Source: an uncultured bacterium
Lineage (GTDB): Bacteria; Auribacterota; Erginobacteria; Erginobacterales; Erginobacteraceae
Direction: 5' to 3'
DNA length: 64,000 nucleotides
Assembly: GCA_963822585.1 (NCBI GenBank)
Contig: CAWGIE010000007.1
Coordinates: 1-64,000, forward strand
The notes beneath the pieces were generated by a model. It was not told where the DNA came from, did not search any database, and saw nothing but the letters and a program-made list of their open reading frames with translations. How positions within the stretch are numbered: position 1 is the stretch's first letter; each line of letters opens with the position of its first letter. Positions 41,203-50,667 of this stretch are shown in pieces. Both the position numbers and the translations under genes were made by a program.

Positions 41203-41967
41203 TTATCGTATAATCTGATAGCGCAACCGGACCCGACCTCCCGGTTCCCCCCGGGCGGAGAGCAACTCAAGACGGGTGGGCTGTTCATCCGGCTGGAGGT
41301 CGGGGGAGACGAAGAGATAGGGCGTCTTGTTCCCTCCGATCAGGGCCGGCAGAAGGATCAGGCTGACCTCATCCACCAGTCCGGCCCGGAGCAGGGCTCC
41401 GTTAAGACGGCTCCCCGCCGTGGAGACGACACAATCCACCCCCAGCTTGGTCTTCAGCTTCTCCATCACCCCCTTCAGATCGACCTGCTTCTCCCCGGCG
41501 ATCAGGTAGGGGATCTCCGACCGGCGGAGGAAGGCCAGGTACTCCGCCGGCGCCCCGCGCGCCGTCAGGTGGAGCGTGTGCCAGCCTTCCCAGCCCGGGA
41601 ACTCCTTCATCCCGCTCCGCAGTCGCCCGCGGCCGTCCACGGCGGCGAACCACCCCTTATGATCGGGACGCTTAACAACGGAATCGGGGAGGAAATCCCG
41701 GTATAGCTCATCGGGATCGAACTCGTTCGGAGGCAACGGAGTCAATTCATCGCCTTCCTTGACGAACGAACCGCTCCCCTCCAGGAAAGCTCCCGGGTGG
41801 TAGAGGGAGATCAGTTCCCGGACGCCGTCTTCAAGCGTGGTCTCCGCGGACCAGATCGCCTGCCATCTTTCGTCGCCCACGTCCTCGAACCCCGTCCGGG
41901 CCGGGCCCAGCGAGACCCTCCCGTCCACCGAGGCGATGGTGTGTACTATTACCTCCGGTCTTTCCAT
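41203..41967 (-). CDS. RibD C-terminal/DHFR-family reductase
   Basis: ASVDGR, VDGRGR, LNGALLRAGLVDE and PALIGG. Confidence 0.85.
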   Translation of the reverse strand: MERPEVIVHTIASVDGRVSLGPARTGFEDVGDERWQAIWSAETTLEDGVRELISLYHPGAFLEGSGSFVKEGDELTPLPPNEFDPDELYRDFLPDSVVKRPDHKGWFAAVDGRGRLRSGMKEFPGWEGWHTLHLTARGAPAEYLAFLRRSEIPYLIAGEKQVDLKGVMEKLKTKLGVDCVVSTAGSRLNGALLRAGLVDEVSLILLPALIGGNKTPYLFVSPDLQPDEQPTRLELLSARGEPGGRVRLRYQIIR

Positions 41968-42206
41968 TTTCGGTCCTCTCCTATTTAGTGTGGGGAAATT
42001 TTACTGAACGCCCTCTTAAAAAATATTAAGACCTCCCTCTCCCCTTCAGGGGAGAGGGGCGGGGTGAGGGGTTTCCCCACTACCCCCCTCACCTGAGACC
42101 TCCCTCCGTTGAGGAAGGAAGATTAAGTAGTGGTACATTTACGGGCCAGAAATATTCCATTAGACATTTTATTTCGATCGAAATAAAGTGTCTAATTTTA
42201 TCACCG

Positions 42207-42698
42207 TTATTTCGTAGAGTCGGGAAGAAGGGGGAGAAGCAGTTGTTCCAGCCCGGATAACGTCTTCTCGACGGCCGGACTCAGGGGAGCGCCCCAGTCG
42301 GTGCTGACGGCTTCAATCCCGAGGAGAAAAACGTCGACGCCGGTCTCCTTCTCCAGAAACTCCATGATCAGCGCCGGGGAAAGACCGTGGGTGCCGCAGG
42401 CGGCCGACTGCAACTGCTCCCGGTCCAGCAGGACCCAGCCTCTTCCCGTCTCCGCGTAGGGGCAGGCGTCGGCCAGAAGGATGACATCCGGCCGACCGGA
42501 CAGGACAGGACCGAGGTAATTCTCGGGGGCGGCTCCCCCGTCGACCACGCCGGCTTTGCCTCTCCCGATCAGCCGTCGGGCCAGGATCACCCCGGCCCCG
42601 TCGTCCCCCCGCTCGATATTCCCGATCCCGAGCAGGACAATCCTCTTCCCCGCCAGGGCTCGGAGTACGGATTGTGGACTATGTTCAATCTTAGACAT
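42207..42698 (-). CDS. Hydrogenase maturation protease (HycI-like)
   Basis: LGIGNIERGDDGAG, APEN, ADA, THG and LSPAV. Confidence 0.88.
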   Translation of the reverse strand: MSKIEHSPQSVLRALAGKRIVLLGIGNIERGDDGAGVILARRLIGRGKAGVVDGGAAPENYLGPVLSGRPDVILLADACPYAETGRGWVLLDREQLQSAACGTHGLSPALIMEFLEKETGVDVFLLGIEAVSTDWGAPLSPAVEKTLSGLEQLLLPLLPDSTK

Positions 42699-42909
42699 AA
42701 TCAAACAGGCAGTTTTTCAATTGTGGGAGGGCCATCCTGGCCCGATTATAGGGTATTCAGCTAACGCTTCGAAGACGGTTGAACAATGCAATAGTGGAGC
42801 GGCGAGAACCAGCTTACCATTATTTCAATACTCCATCACTCCAACACTCCATCTTTTCGTGATTATATGCTTTTATCAGGAAGCAATGATGATTCATAAA
42901 TAATTTTAA

Positions 42910-43161
42910 CTATCGATACACTTCCCGGCGATGACCAATCGCGACAATAAGGATAGGTTTGGGCTTCTTGTCCAGCCGGTAAACAATCCGGAGAACGCCG
43001 ACCCGGTATCTCCGCAAGCCCCGGAATTCTCCCAGGAGCATCTCTCCCCGGAGCGGATCGTTACTCAAAACCCTCAAGGCATCGGCGCACCGTTTCTTCT
43101 CCTCCGCCGGCATTTTGTCGATCAATTTCCGGGCCCGTTTGGTGATAAATACCGGCGGCAT
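42910..43161 (-). CDS. relE: RelE/ParE-family toxin
   Basis: LRRYRVGVLRIVY...IGHRREVY; TAATG overlap with the antitoxin. Confidence 0.87.
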   Translation of the reverse strand: MPPVFITKRARKLIDKMPAEEKKRCADALRVLSNDPLRGEMLLGEFRGLRRYRVGVLRIVYRLDKKPKPILIVAIGHRREVYR

Positions 43162-43430
43162 TACAGGGGCTCCTCGAATACTTCCTCGAAGGAATAAAAG
43201 GATTCCTCCTCGGCACACTTCAATCCCCCATGGATATCCTTGACCAGCGCCGGATCGGCCATGACGTCCAGGGTCGCGATCAGACTTCTGAACTCTTCGT
43301 AACTGATCAGGGCCGCCGCCGGTTCACCGCGCCGGGTGATGACGTAATGGTCGTGCACTTTCTCCACCTCACCGATCAGCGTCGGCAATCTTTTCCGGCA
43401 TTCACTTGCTGAGATGATCTGGGTAGTCAT
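43161..43430 (-). CDS. Phd/YefM-family antitoxin
   Basis: ISASECRKRL...VITRRGEPAAALIS...TL. Confidence 0.87.
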   Translation of the reverse strand: MTTQIISASECRKRLPTLIGEVEKVHDHYVITRRGEPAAALISYEEFRSLIATLDVMADPALVKDIHGGLKCAEEESFYSFEEVFEEPL

Positions 43431-43655
43431 GATTCCCTCCGATGAATTATAAGTACGGTATAACGTACTATAATGCGTACCATCGGTCAAGGATACATTT
43501 CTCGGGATTAATACCGGGGATTTATCTTGAGGAGGCCCCGGCGTGGAGAGTATTATTTTGTTAGGCCTGGTGGCGATATATCAATCATAAGGAGAGCTAC
43601 TCAACATGTCTCTCTGGATCTGCCAAATCGATAAGTATGTCTGGGAGTCGAGTAA

Positions 43656-45416
43656 GTGATAAAAATGGAAAACTCTAAATCCGACAGAGCCGGAAAAACC
43701 AGGTGGCTCTCTTATCTTCCCATTACTATAGGCGCAGCCTGGTGCCTGCTGGGTCTTCTCGTTCTCACCGTCTTTAATACCACCCTTGCCACCGCTTTAT
43801 TTTTACCGGTTTGCTTTCCGGCAAACGTAATCCTGCTGTTGATTCCCAATGCGATATTGTCTTCATTAGCAGTCCAAGGGTATTTTCCCGCAGCGGAACC
43901 GTTCCTTATCGTCATAATACCGTTACAAAATCTAATCCTGGGTTATATAGCTACCCTTATATACCGGAAATATCGGCGGAAAAACTTGTTTAGAAAAATA
44001 AGTCTGGTGGTGGAAGGTTTACTATTCCTCATCTACGTTATTTTCATCATCCCGCTGATTGAAGCTCTACAGATTGACGATCCTCATGCCGTTCAAAGAG
44101 CCTTTACTAAGCTCCAACAAGATAAAATAAATGCCGTCTCACCAAAAGTTAACGCGGCTACATACTATAAACAAGCAATCAAGATGGTGGGTAATATTGA
44201 TTTGGAAGCATTATGTCCAGGAGCTTTTTACCCTCCTCAAACTCCATGGAAAGCAGATGAATATCCGGCCTGGGCTAAATGGCTCGGCAATCATCAAGAG
44301 GTACTGGATCTCATTAAAGAAGGAGCTCAACAACCAACGTTGGCCGGTCCAATAACCGTCTTGGAACTACCAGATTACATGGATTGGTATCCTTCCGAGG
44401 ATGATGGGCAAGGAGCTTGGAAAGTCACTCAAATCGCGCAATTACAAACCGGTCTTTCCTTAGGTGAAAAAGGGATTGAAGAAAGTCTACCCCAGGTACT
44501 AACAACAATAAAAATGCTCGAACAATTTCATGAACCGGGATGGTTGATTACAGCAATCATCTATAGTGTCAGTGAAGATTCTTTCTCTCCATTATTGAGA
44601 GAAGCCTTGTTATCGGATTCTTTAAAGGCCCAAACCTGCCGAATACTTATAAAGGAACTGGAAAAATTAGATGCGATGCATGGCGACCTCCTCAAACAAA
44701 GCCTGCTCTTTGAATTAAACTTCAATAATCTTTGGCTATATGACCTTTATCGGACGCCGGCAGTTTTGAACCCTGGGGATTCGACACTTCAAAAAGTATT
44801 AGTAAGCCTGAGTTGGAGATTCAATACGTTACTTACTCCATTTTCGTCCACCATGGCATTGAGCAAGGACTGGCTGGACGCTCTGGATAACTTAATTTAT
44901 ACGCCTCAATATTCACCGGGCTATGATGAGGCGAAAAAACGATTTCAACTGGCCGGTGACCGTATAAATACAAATTGCTTTTTAGCATTTTCTTCTCCAA
45001 AATTTTATGACCTTGCTGATCAAGATCGACAGGCAAATGCCGAGCGAAGATTAACCATACTTCTGGCGGGACTACGATTGTATCGGTTGGAGAACGGCAT
45101 CTATCCAGAAAGTCTGGATCAGTTGGTCCCGGACTATCTCACCATTTTGCCCCCCGATCCCCTTTCAGATAAGCCCTGGATATATAAGAAAGAAAACGGG
45201 GAAATCACCATTGCTTCCAATAAAGGGGATGGAGAAGTTATATCGTTCTGCTTCCCGGACGAGTCTATCGAAGAGCAACCCGGGAAGAAGGATAAAAATC
45301 AAACAACATCTACTGGAAGACTACGCTCTGTTGAGATGTGGACTGACGAAGAGGTTGAACGGTGGGAAGGTGAATCCGGTGCCAAATTCCCCGGCGATCT
45401 CGATCCGATTCATTGA
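43656..45416 (+). CDS. AT-rich membrane-anchored hypothetical protein with a pseudopilin (GspG)-like C-terminal motif
   Basis: N-terminal TM segments; LRLYRLENGIYPESLDQLVP...PPDP. Confidence 0.6.
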   Translation: MIKMENSKSDRAGKTRWLSYLPITIGAAWCLLGLLVLTVFNTTLATALFLPVCFPANVILLLIPNAILSSLAVQGYFPAAEPFLIVIIPLQNLILGYIATLIYRKYRRKNLFRKISLVVEGLLFLIYVIFIIPLIEALQIDDPHAVQRAFTKLQQDKINAVSPKVNAATYYKQAIKMVGNIDLEALCPGAFYPPQTPWKADEYPAWAKWLGNHQEVLDLIKEGAQQPTLAGPITVLELPDYMDWYPSEDDGQGAWKVTQIAQLQTGLSLGEKGIEESLPQVLTTIKMLEQFHEPGWLITAIIYSVSEDSFSPLLREALLSDSLKAQTCRILIKELEKLDAMHGDLLKQSLLFELNFNNLWLYDLYRTPAVLNPGDSTLQKVLVSLSWRFNTLLTPFSSTMALSKDWLDALDNLIYTPQYSPGYDEAKKRFQLAGDRINTNCFLAFSSPKFYDLADQDRQANAERRLTILLAGLRLYRLENGIYPESLDQLVPDYLTILPPDPLSDKPWIYKKENGEITIASNKGDGEVISFCFPDESIEEQPGKKDKNQTTSTGRLRSVEMWTDEEVERWEGESGAKFPGDLDPIH

Positions 45417-45479
45417 TATAAAACCAAATCAATAATCCCTCTCCCAAAGTCGCGGGCAGGAAGGAATAGGAATATACCG

Positions 45480-45869
45480 GTGAAGCGGCCACCATGTGTA
45501 ATATGGGCAACTGTAGTAATGGGGTTATTTGTCGTTACAAACCTCTTAATTCTCGTAATTGACCGAGATGCGCTTGATACATCAGATATAATTCTAAGGC
45601 TCATATTCTATCCCGGAATGTTCCTGGTGGGTTTCATCGCATTGTTAATGCGTGCCAGGTGGGCAAAACTCTATTCAATAATTGTTTTCTCTCTCTGTGC
45701 AGTAGGATTAGCAATTGTAAGTATTATTAATATTATTAATGATGAAGGAGTGTGTATAATTATTATTAGTATAATTATCGGTAGTTTTCTTGGTTTGCTG
45801 GTTTACTCCCTAATTCACAGTAAGAGAGCTAACCCGACTTTCGCAATTGGACCTATTTTTGAGTCGTAA
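45480..45869 (+). pseudogene. Small membrane protein whose 3' end is interrupted by IS1634
   Basis: Removing the IS restores ...SKRAKQYFSLTLEE* (ending at 47881). Confidence 0.65.
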
Positions 45870-47846
45870 CTCCCTGCAAATCAACAAAACCTTCCCAAAG
45901 GTCTGTACTACATTTCCACTGCTCTTTTTGCAGTTATCTTCGGCGGAGGCTGTTTCGGCAACCGCCAGTCCAGCTGGCTGAGCAGTAGTTGCTGTTCCTT
46001 TTCCGGCTGGGTATACCGGGTAAATATCAACTCCCTGCCGTCAGTGGTGGGGAAGTGCACGTCCAGCATCTGCATCGCCCCCAGACTGTCCAACGCCTGC
46101 CTCACCGTCAGACCCGGCGCTCTCTGCCGCAACCTCTGGCGGAGGGTAACGTGAATACAGTACGCGAGGAAGGCGAGGAAAATATGGGCCTCGATCCGGT
46201 CCTCTCTCTGATGGAAGATGGGACGCAATGCCATATCGCCTTTCAGGTTTTTGAAGGCATTCTCTACTTCCACCAGGAGCAGGTAGAACTCCCAGAGCTT
46301 CCCCGGGTCGGTCTCGACCAGATTTGAACGCAGTAAATATCTCCCCTCTCTGCGGCGCACCGCCCGCAGCTTCTCTTTGTTGAGACTGTAGGTGAATGAC
46401 ACCCGCCGGGACCGCATCTTTTTCTCCGGAGGATCGGGCAATTCAACCTCAACCAGAGACCAGACCCGTCCGGCATCTTTTTTTGCCCCGCCCAACTTCA
46501 AAAGCAGGTTTTCATATGTCGGCCGCTGACGTCGCAATTCCTTCAAGCGCGCCCACAGCCGTTTAAGCCGCCGCCGGCGCATCGATCTTTCCTTGCCCAC
46601 CCGGGGCCGGCTCTGCACCCAGACATAAAGATCATCATCACGGGGCAAGAGTTTGACCTGAACTTCCGGTCTCGCTTCCTGCCAGGGCCGGTTCAACAAC
46701 TCTTTCTCCAGTTTGGTGAGTCTTCCCTTGGGGGTCCCGACCAGGTAAAGCATCCCCCGTTCTCTCATCCAGGCCAGGTGCTCTTCGGTCGGGATCCCCC
46801 GATCCATCAGCCAGATCCGTCGGGCCTTGCCATATCTCGATTCGATCTTCTTCAGGAAATCCGGCAGAGTGGCGTTGTCCCTGGTGTTCCCCGGCATAAC
46901 CTCGTAGGCCAGGGGAAATCCTTCCGGTGTCACCACCAGGGCGATCACTACCTGCACGCAATCGGGCCGATGATCCCGGCTGTAGCCATATCTCCTTTTA
47001 TCGTTCTTGTCGAAAGGCGGGTCGCTCTCAAAATAGGTGCTGGTCAGGTCGTATAAGATCACGTCGTAGGTGATCCCGAAAAGATCGTGCCAGCGCTCAG
47101 CCAGAAAACTGAATAAATCCTCCTTGTGTTCCAGAAGCCTGTCCAGACACCGATAAAGTTTATCCTTGGCGACCAGGGAGAAATCTTCTCCCAGCAGATC
47201 TCCCATCGCGCTCCGCTTGTACCATTGCCGGTGAAGGCGCCACTCGCTGCCGGGGTCAATCAAGCGATACGCCGCCAGGACCATTAATACCCGGTACCAC
47301 GATGTTCCTTTGCGGCTGTCCTTCAGACGCTCGCTCCAGAATCGATCCAGTTCCAACTCGTCCCAGATCCGACAAAATGCCCAACAGGCTCCCCATTGCC
47401 TCGGCCGCCGCAGCGTGAACTCTTCCAGGCAAACTTGCACCCCCTGATCGCTCGCGTACTCCGGTATGGCGCGATCAGATGGAAACAGGGCCAGCTTCGT
47501 CTGGCACCTTTGCTTAACATCGAATGCGTCGATACACCGTAACCAGGACTCTTGCTGACTGTCGTTAATCTCTCCCAGGTACAGGATGTGGCGATCAACC
47601 ACCCGACCGCCCCGGCAGCGGTGCTTCTCCGCAATGCTCCAGTAGCGGTGTTCCTTCCCATCTTTGAATCGGCGATGACACTTCAGGTACATGGTGGAGA
47701 CAAAATATAGTAATCTCCCTGTACCTGACAAGGGGGTAGGTCTGTACCACAAACACTTTTAAAAATCCGGTTGTTGTCGTACAATGACTTCTGTTAATTG
47801 ACCCCCCGAAAATAGTTGTTTTTAAGGCCCAATTGCGAAAGTCGGG
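45833..47846 (-). mobile_element. IS1634-family element, complete
   Basis: 18-bp perfect TIR CCCGACTTTCGCAATTGG (45833-45850 / 47829-47846); CTAA duplicated on both sides. Confidence 0.9.
45908..47692 (-). CDS. IS1634 transposase
   Basis: LYDLTSTYFE, GYSRDHRPD, MDRG and VENAFKNLK...RPIFH. Confidence 0.92.
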   Translation of the reverse strand: MYLKCHRRFKDGKEHRYWSIAEKHRCRGGRVVDRHILYLGEINDSQQESWLRCIDAFDVKQRCQTKLALFPSDRAIPEYASDQGVQVCLEEFTLRRPRQWGACWAFCRIWDELELDRFWSERLKDSRKGTSWYRVLMVLAAYRLIDPGSEWRLHRQWYKRSAMGDLLGEDFSLVAKDKLYRCLDRLLEHKEDLFSFLAERWHDLFGITYDVILYDLTSTYFESDPPFDKNDKRRYGYSRDHRPDCVQVVIALVVTPEGFPLAYEVMPGNTRDNATLPDFLKKIESRYGKARRIWLMDRGIPTEEHLAWMRERGMLYLVGTPKGRLTKLEKELLNRPWQEARPEVQVKLLPRDDDLYVWVQSRPRVGKERSMRRRRLKRLWARLKELRRQRPTYENLLLKLGGAKKDAGRVWSLVEVELPDPPEKKMRSRRVSFTYSLNKEKLRAVRRREGRYLLRSNLVETDPGKLWEFYLLLVEVENAFKNLKGDMALRPIFHQREDRIEAHIFLAFLAYCIHVTLRQRLRQRAPGLTVRQALDSLGAMQMLDVHFPTTDGRELIFTRYTQPEKEQQLLLSQLDWRLPKQPPPKITAKRAVEM

Positions 47847-48086
47847 CTAAGCAGTATTTTTCCTTAACCCTGGAGGAATAAGGATCAACAATTCCATAAA
47901 TTAATACCCCACCCCCCTTTAATTGTAGGGGGTCGGGTTTCCTTCAAGCAGGGCTGAAGCCCTGCACTACGAACGGGGATGGCTGAATAACCAATGACCA
48001 ATTTCCAAATTCAACTCTCAACATCCAACACTCAACTTTCAACGTTCAATAAAATCGTCTTGTCCCAAAATCGTCCTGTCAAATTG

Positions 48087-48487
48087 AAGGGGGAGAGGCC
48101 GAGGGAGTAATTCCTATTCAATCACATTCGATCGTCTGTTTCCCAGGGGGCGAGGCAGGGGGAAAACAGTGGTCAGTGATCAGTAATCAGTGATCAGAAA
48201 GCGGTAAGCCGTGTCCGGCAGGGGCGATAATCAGTGGAATCTGTAAAAACTTGTGGTGAGCGAAGTCGAATCCATCTGTGGTCCAAAAAAGGGCGTGAGG
48301 TAGAGGGAGCTTTTGCGCTTTTTGCGCCTTTTTGCGGCTATTAAAGGGGGCGCGGCGGGGGAGGAATAAAACTGAACGTCGAACATCCAACGTTCAACGC
48401 TCAACGTTCAACGAAAAGAAGGCGAGGCAAGTGGCGTTTCGTGTAATTCGCGAAATTCGTAGTTCTTATTAAAGGGCGCCCGAGGGG
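48087..48487. repeat. Second array of the G-rich motif alternating with six different repeat modules
   Basis: Motif at 48087, 48145, about 48210 (degenerate), 48288, 48343, 48416 and 48471. Confidence 0.8.
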
Positions 48488-49087
48488 TTAAGGGCGGTCG
48501 GAGAGGACGGCCTCGCGCTTGCAGCGCGGGCAGAGGACCCGCATCCGGTCGGCCCGGGTTATCTCCCGGTCGAGCTTCTCGGGCGGGGGGGTCCGGTCTT
48601 CGCGGGAGCCCAAAAAAACGGTGGGGTTGGTAAAGGCGAGGGAGCCCAGTTTCTCGTAGATCCAGCGGAGATGGTCCCGGGTGGTGACGATCTCTCCGCA
48701 ATCCTCGCAGAGCACCAGATCTTTCTTGATGGTCTCGATCGACTCGTCGCGCTCGACACAGACCTGGTCGTATTCGATCGTGTGGTTGCAGCCGGTCAGG
48801 GTGGTGCAGAGGGCATGGCACTGCCCGCAGTAGATGCACATCCCGTAGCGCCGGATCATCTCCCGCCGGGGATTCGTCCCGGCCGGCGTGTCGACGATCT
48901 CGATCGCCCCCGGGGGGCAGACCTGGGCGCAGGCCCCGCAGCCGACGCAGACGGAGTCATCCCACTTCATCTGGCCCCGATAGGTGTCGAAGGGGACGGA
49001 GGGCTTTTTCGGGAAGGGAAGCGTGTACGGCCCCTTGATGACCGCCTTGATCGCTTCACCCAGTTCTCTTATCTTTGGAAGCTTCAT
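48488..49087 (-). CDS. NuoI/MbhN-like 4Fe-4S subunit
   Basis: YTLPFP...YRG, CVGCGACAQVCP and CIYCGQC. Confidence 0.85.
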   Translation of the reverse strand: MKLPKIRELGEAIKAVIKGPYTLPFPKKPSVPFDTYRGQMKWDDSVCVGCGACAQVCPPGAIEIVDTPAGTNPRREMIRRYGMCIYCGQCHALCTTLTGCNHTIEYDQVCVERDESIETIKKDLVLCEDCGEIVTTRDHLRWIYEKLGSLAFTNPTVFLGSREDRTPPPEKLDREITRADRMRVLCPRCKREAVLSDRP

Positions 49088-49207
49088 TAGCTCACTTTTA
49101 TTACCACTAAGACACGAAGACACTAAGGTAACTGATGAATAGGAGTTTAGTTTATATTCTTCTCTCTTTTCTTTGTGTCTTGGTGTCTTGGTGGTTATTA
49201 AAGGGGA

Positions 49208-49537
49208 TTAACTCTCCTTATCGTCCTCGTATTTATCGCAGACGCTCTTCGGCCAGAGTTTAATCCCTGACTTGTGGGCCCCCCGGGCCAGGGCGTGGGC
49301 GGCGGTGGGCGAGGTCAGGAAAATAAAGGTCAGGCAGAGGAGCGCCTTTAGGCCGGTCGGACTGATCCCCCTGATCAGGAGGACGCCGGCCAGGATGAAA
49401 CCCGACCCCAGGGTAACGCACTTGGTCGAGGCCTGGAGACGATTATAGATATCGGGGAGACGGTAAAGGCCCACGCAGCCGAAGAAATCGAAGAGCACCC
49501 CGATACAGAGCAGTATTATTCCGATAACCTCATTCAT
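49208..49537 (-). CDS. mnhG: Mrp/Mnh subunit G-like
   Basis: RLPDIYNRLQASTK; TSPTAAHALARG. Confidence 0.88.
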   Translation of the reverse strand: MNEVIGIILLCIGVLFDFFGCVGLYRLPDIYNRLQASTKCVTLGSGFILAGVLLIRGISPTGLKALLCLTFIFLTSPTAAHALARGAHKSGIKLWPKSVCDKYEDDKES

Positions 49538-49793
49538 CGAATCCCTTCCCTTCCAGATGCTTGGCCAATGCGATCGTGCCGATAAAGCTGAGCAGCGACC
49601 AGGCGATGGCGATATCCATGTAAAAGTCCGTGCCGTAAATGAGGGAGAGAACGGCGCAGAAACCGACGATCACCATCCCCAGAATGTCGATGGCGACCGT
49701 CCGGTCGGGCGCGGTCGGGCCTCTTCCTATCCGGGAGAGACAGAGAAACATCGACCCCGTCAGAACAGCCAGCGCGCTGTAAAAAATAATCAT
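49530..49793 (-). CDS. mnhF: Mrp/Mnh subunit F-like
   Basis: GPTAPDRTVAID; SFIGTIALAK. Confidence 0.88.
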   Translation of the reverse strand: MIIFYSALAVLTGSMFLCLSRIGRGPTAPDRTVAIDILGMVIVGFCAVLSLIYGTDFYMDIAIAWSLLSFIGTIALAKHLEGKGFDE

Positions 49794-49962
49794 ACCGTCA
49801 CTCTTCTCTTTTTTTAATTACCACTAAGACACGAAGACACTAAGGAAATCTAATAGAATATTTATTTAAAATTTTTCTCTCTTTTCTTCGTGTCTTAGTG
49901 TCTTTGTGGTTATTCTATTTAATTTCTTTTCTTGGTGCCTTGGTGTCTTGGTGGCGAATTAT

Positions 49963-50508
49963 TTATTCGAAAATTTTCTTCAGGATTTTCTCGAAATGGT
50001 AAACGATCTTCTTTGTCGCCCCCTCGATATCCTCCGCCCTGACAACGATCCAATGGACATACAGGTAGGTGTCGCCCGTCTCGCCCTCTTCCGGCATCTT
50101 CAGATCGACCGTAAGCGTCCCCGGGGTCAGGGTGATCGAGTTGCAGAGGGCGGTGATCGCTCCCGGCGACTTCAGACTGGTCCTGACCTTGACGATCCCG
50201 GGGTTGATCGGCATCCGGGGATGGATAACCCGATAAAGCACGTCCAGGTTGGAGAGAAGACAATACCAGAAGAAATAGGGGATATACACGATCACCCAGA
50301 ACCATCTCCTCGGGGAGAAAAACCTGATCGTCCCCGGCAAAAATAAGCGTCCGGTAAAAATCGCCACCGCCGCCGCCACAATCACTCCCAGGACAATCCC
50401 CTGCCAGATCCGGGAGGATGCCTTTTCCGGACCGGGATACCCGAGCATCAGCCAGATGATGAGTAAGACGATGAATAACCAGACGATTTTTGTTTTTCCC
50501 TGCTTCAT
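49963..50508 (-). CDS. mnhE: Mrp/Mnh subunit E-like
   Basis: PINPGIV; NSITLTPGTLTVD; LYVHW. Confidence 0.88.
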   Translation of the reverse strand: MKQGKTKIVWLFIVLLIIWLMLGYPGPEKASSRIWQGIVLGVIVAAAVAIFTGRLFLPGTIRFFSPRRWFWVIVYIPYFFWYCLLSNLDVLYRVIHPRMPINPGIVKVRTSLKSPGAITALCNSITLTPGTLTVDLKMPEEGETGDTYLYVHWIVVRAEDIEGATKKIVYHFEKILKKIFE

Positions 50509-50667
50509 TGTAAATTAGCGCCTCCGGCGCTAATTTAGAAGAATTGCATTTTATATAATATAAAATAAATCGTTAACAACTCGAGAAACAGTTCACATCC
50601 AACTGATCAAGCCATAACGGCAAGCCTTTAGTATCATAAAACAAAAACTAACTATTTTTACTTTTGT

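Noticed and set aside
20663..48487. CRISPR arrays at 20.7-21.0 kb and 48.1-48.5 kb
   Set aside because: The repeats are short, degenerate and non-palindromic, the spacers are self-derived low-complexity repeats of uneven length, and no cas gene is in the window.
50585..50667. Integron attC sites (RYYYAAC in the AT-rich junction elements)
   Set aside because: No matching GTTRRRY box or attC-like fold was found, no integrase is present, and the flanking genes are operon subunits.
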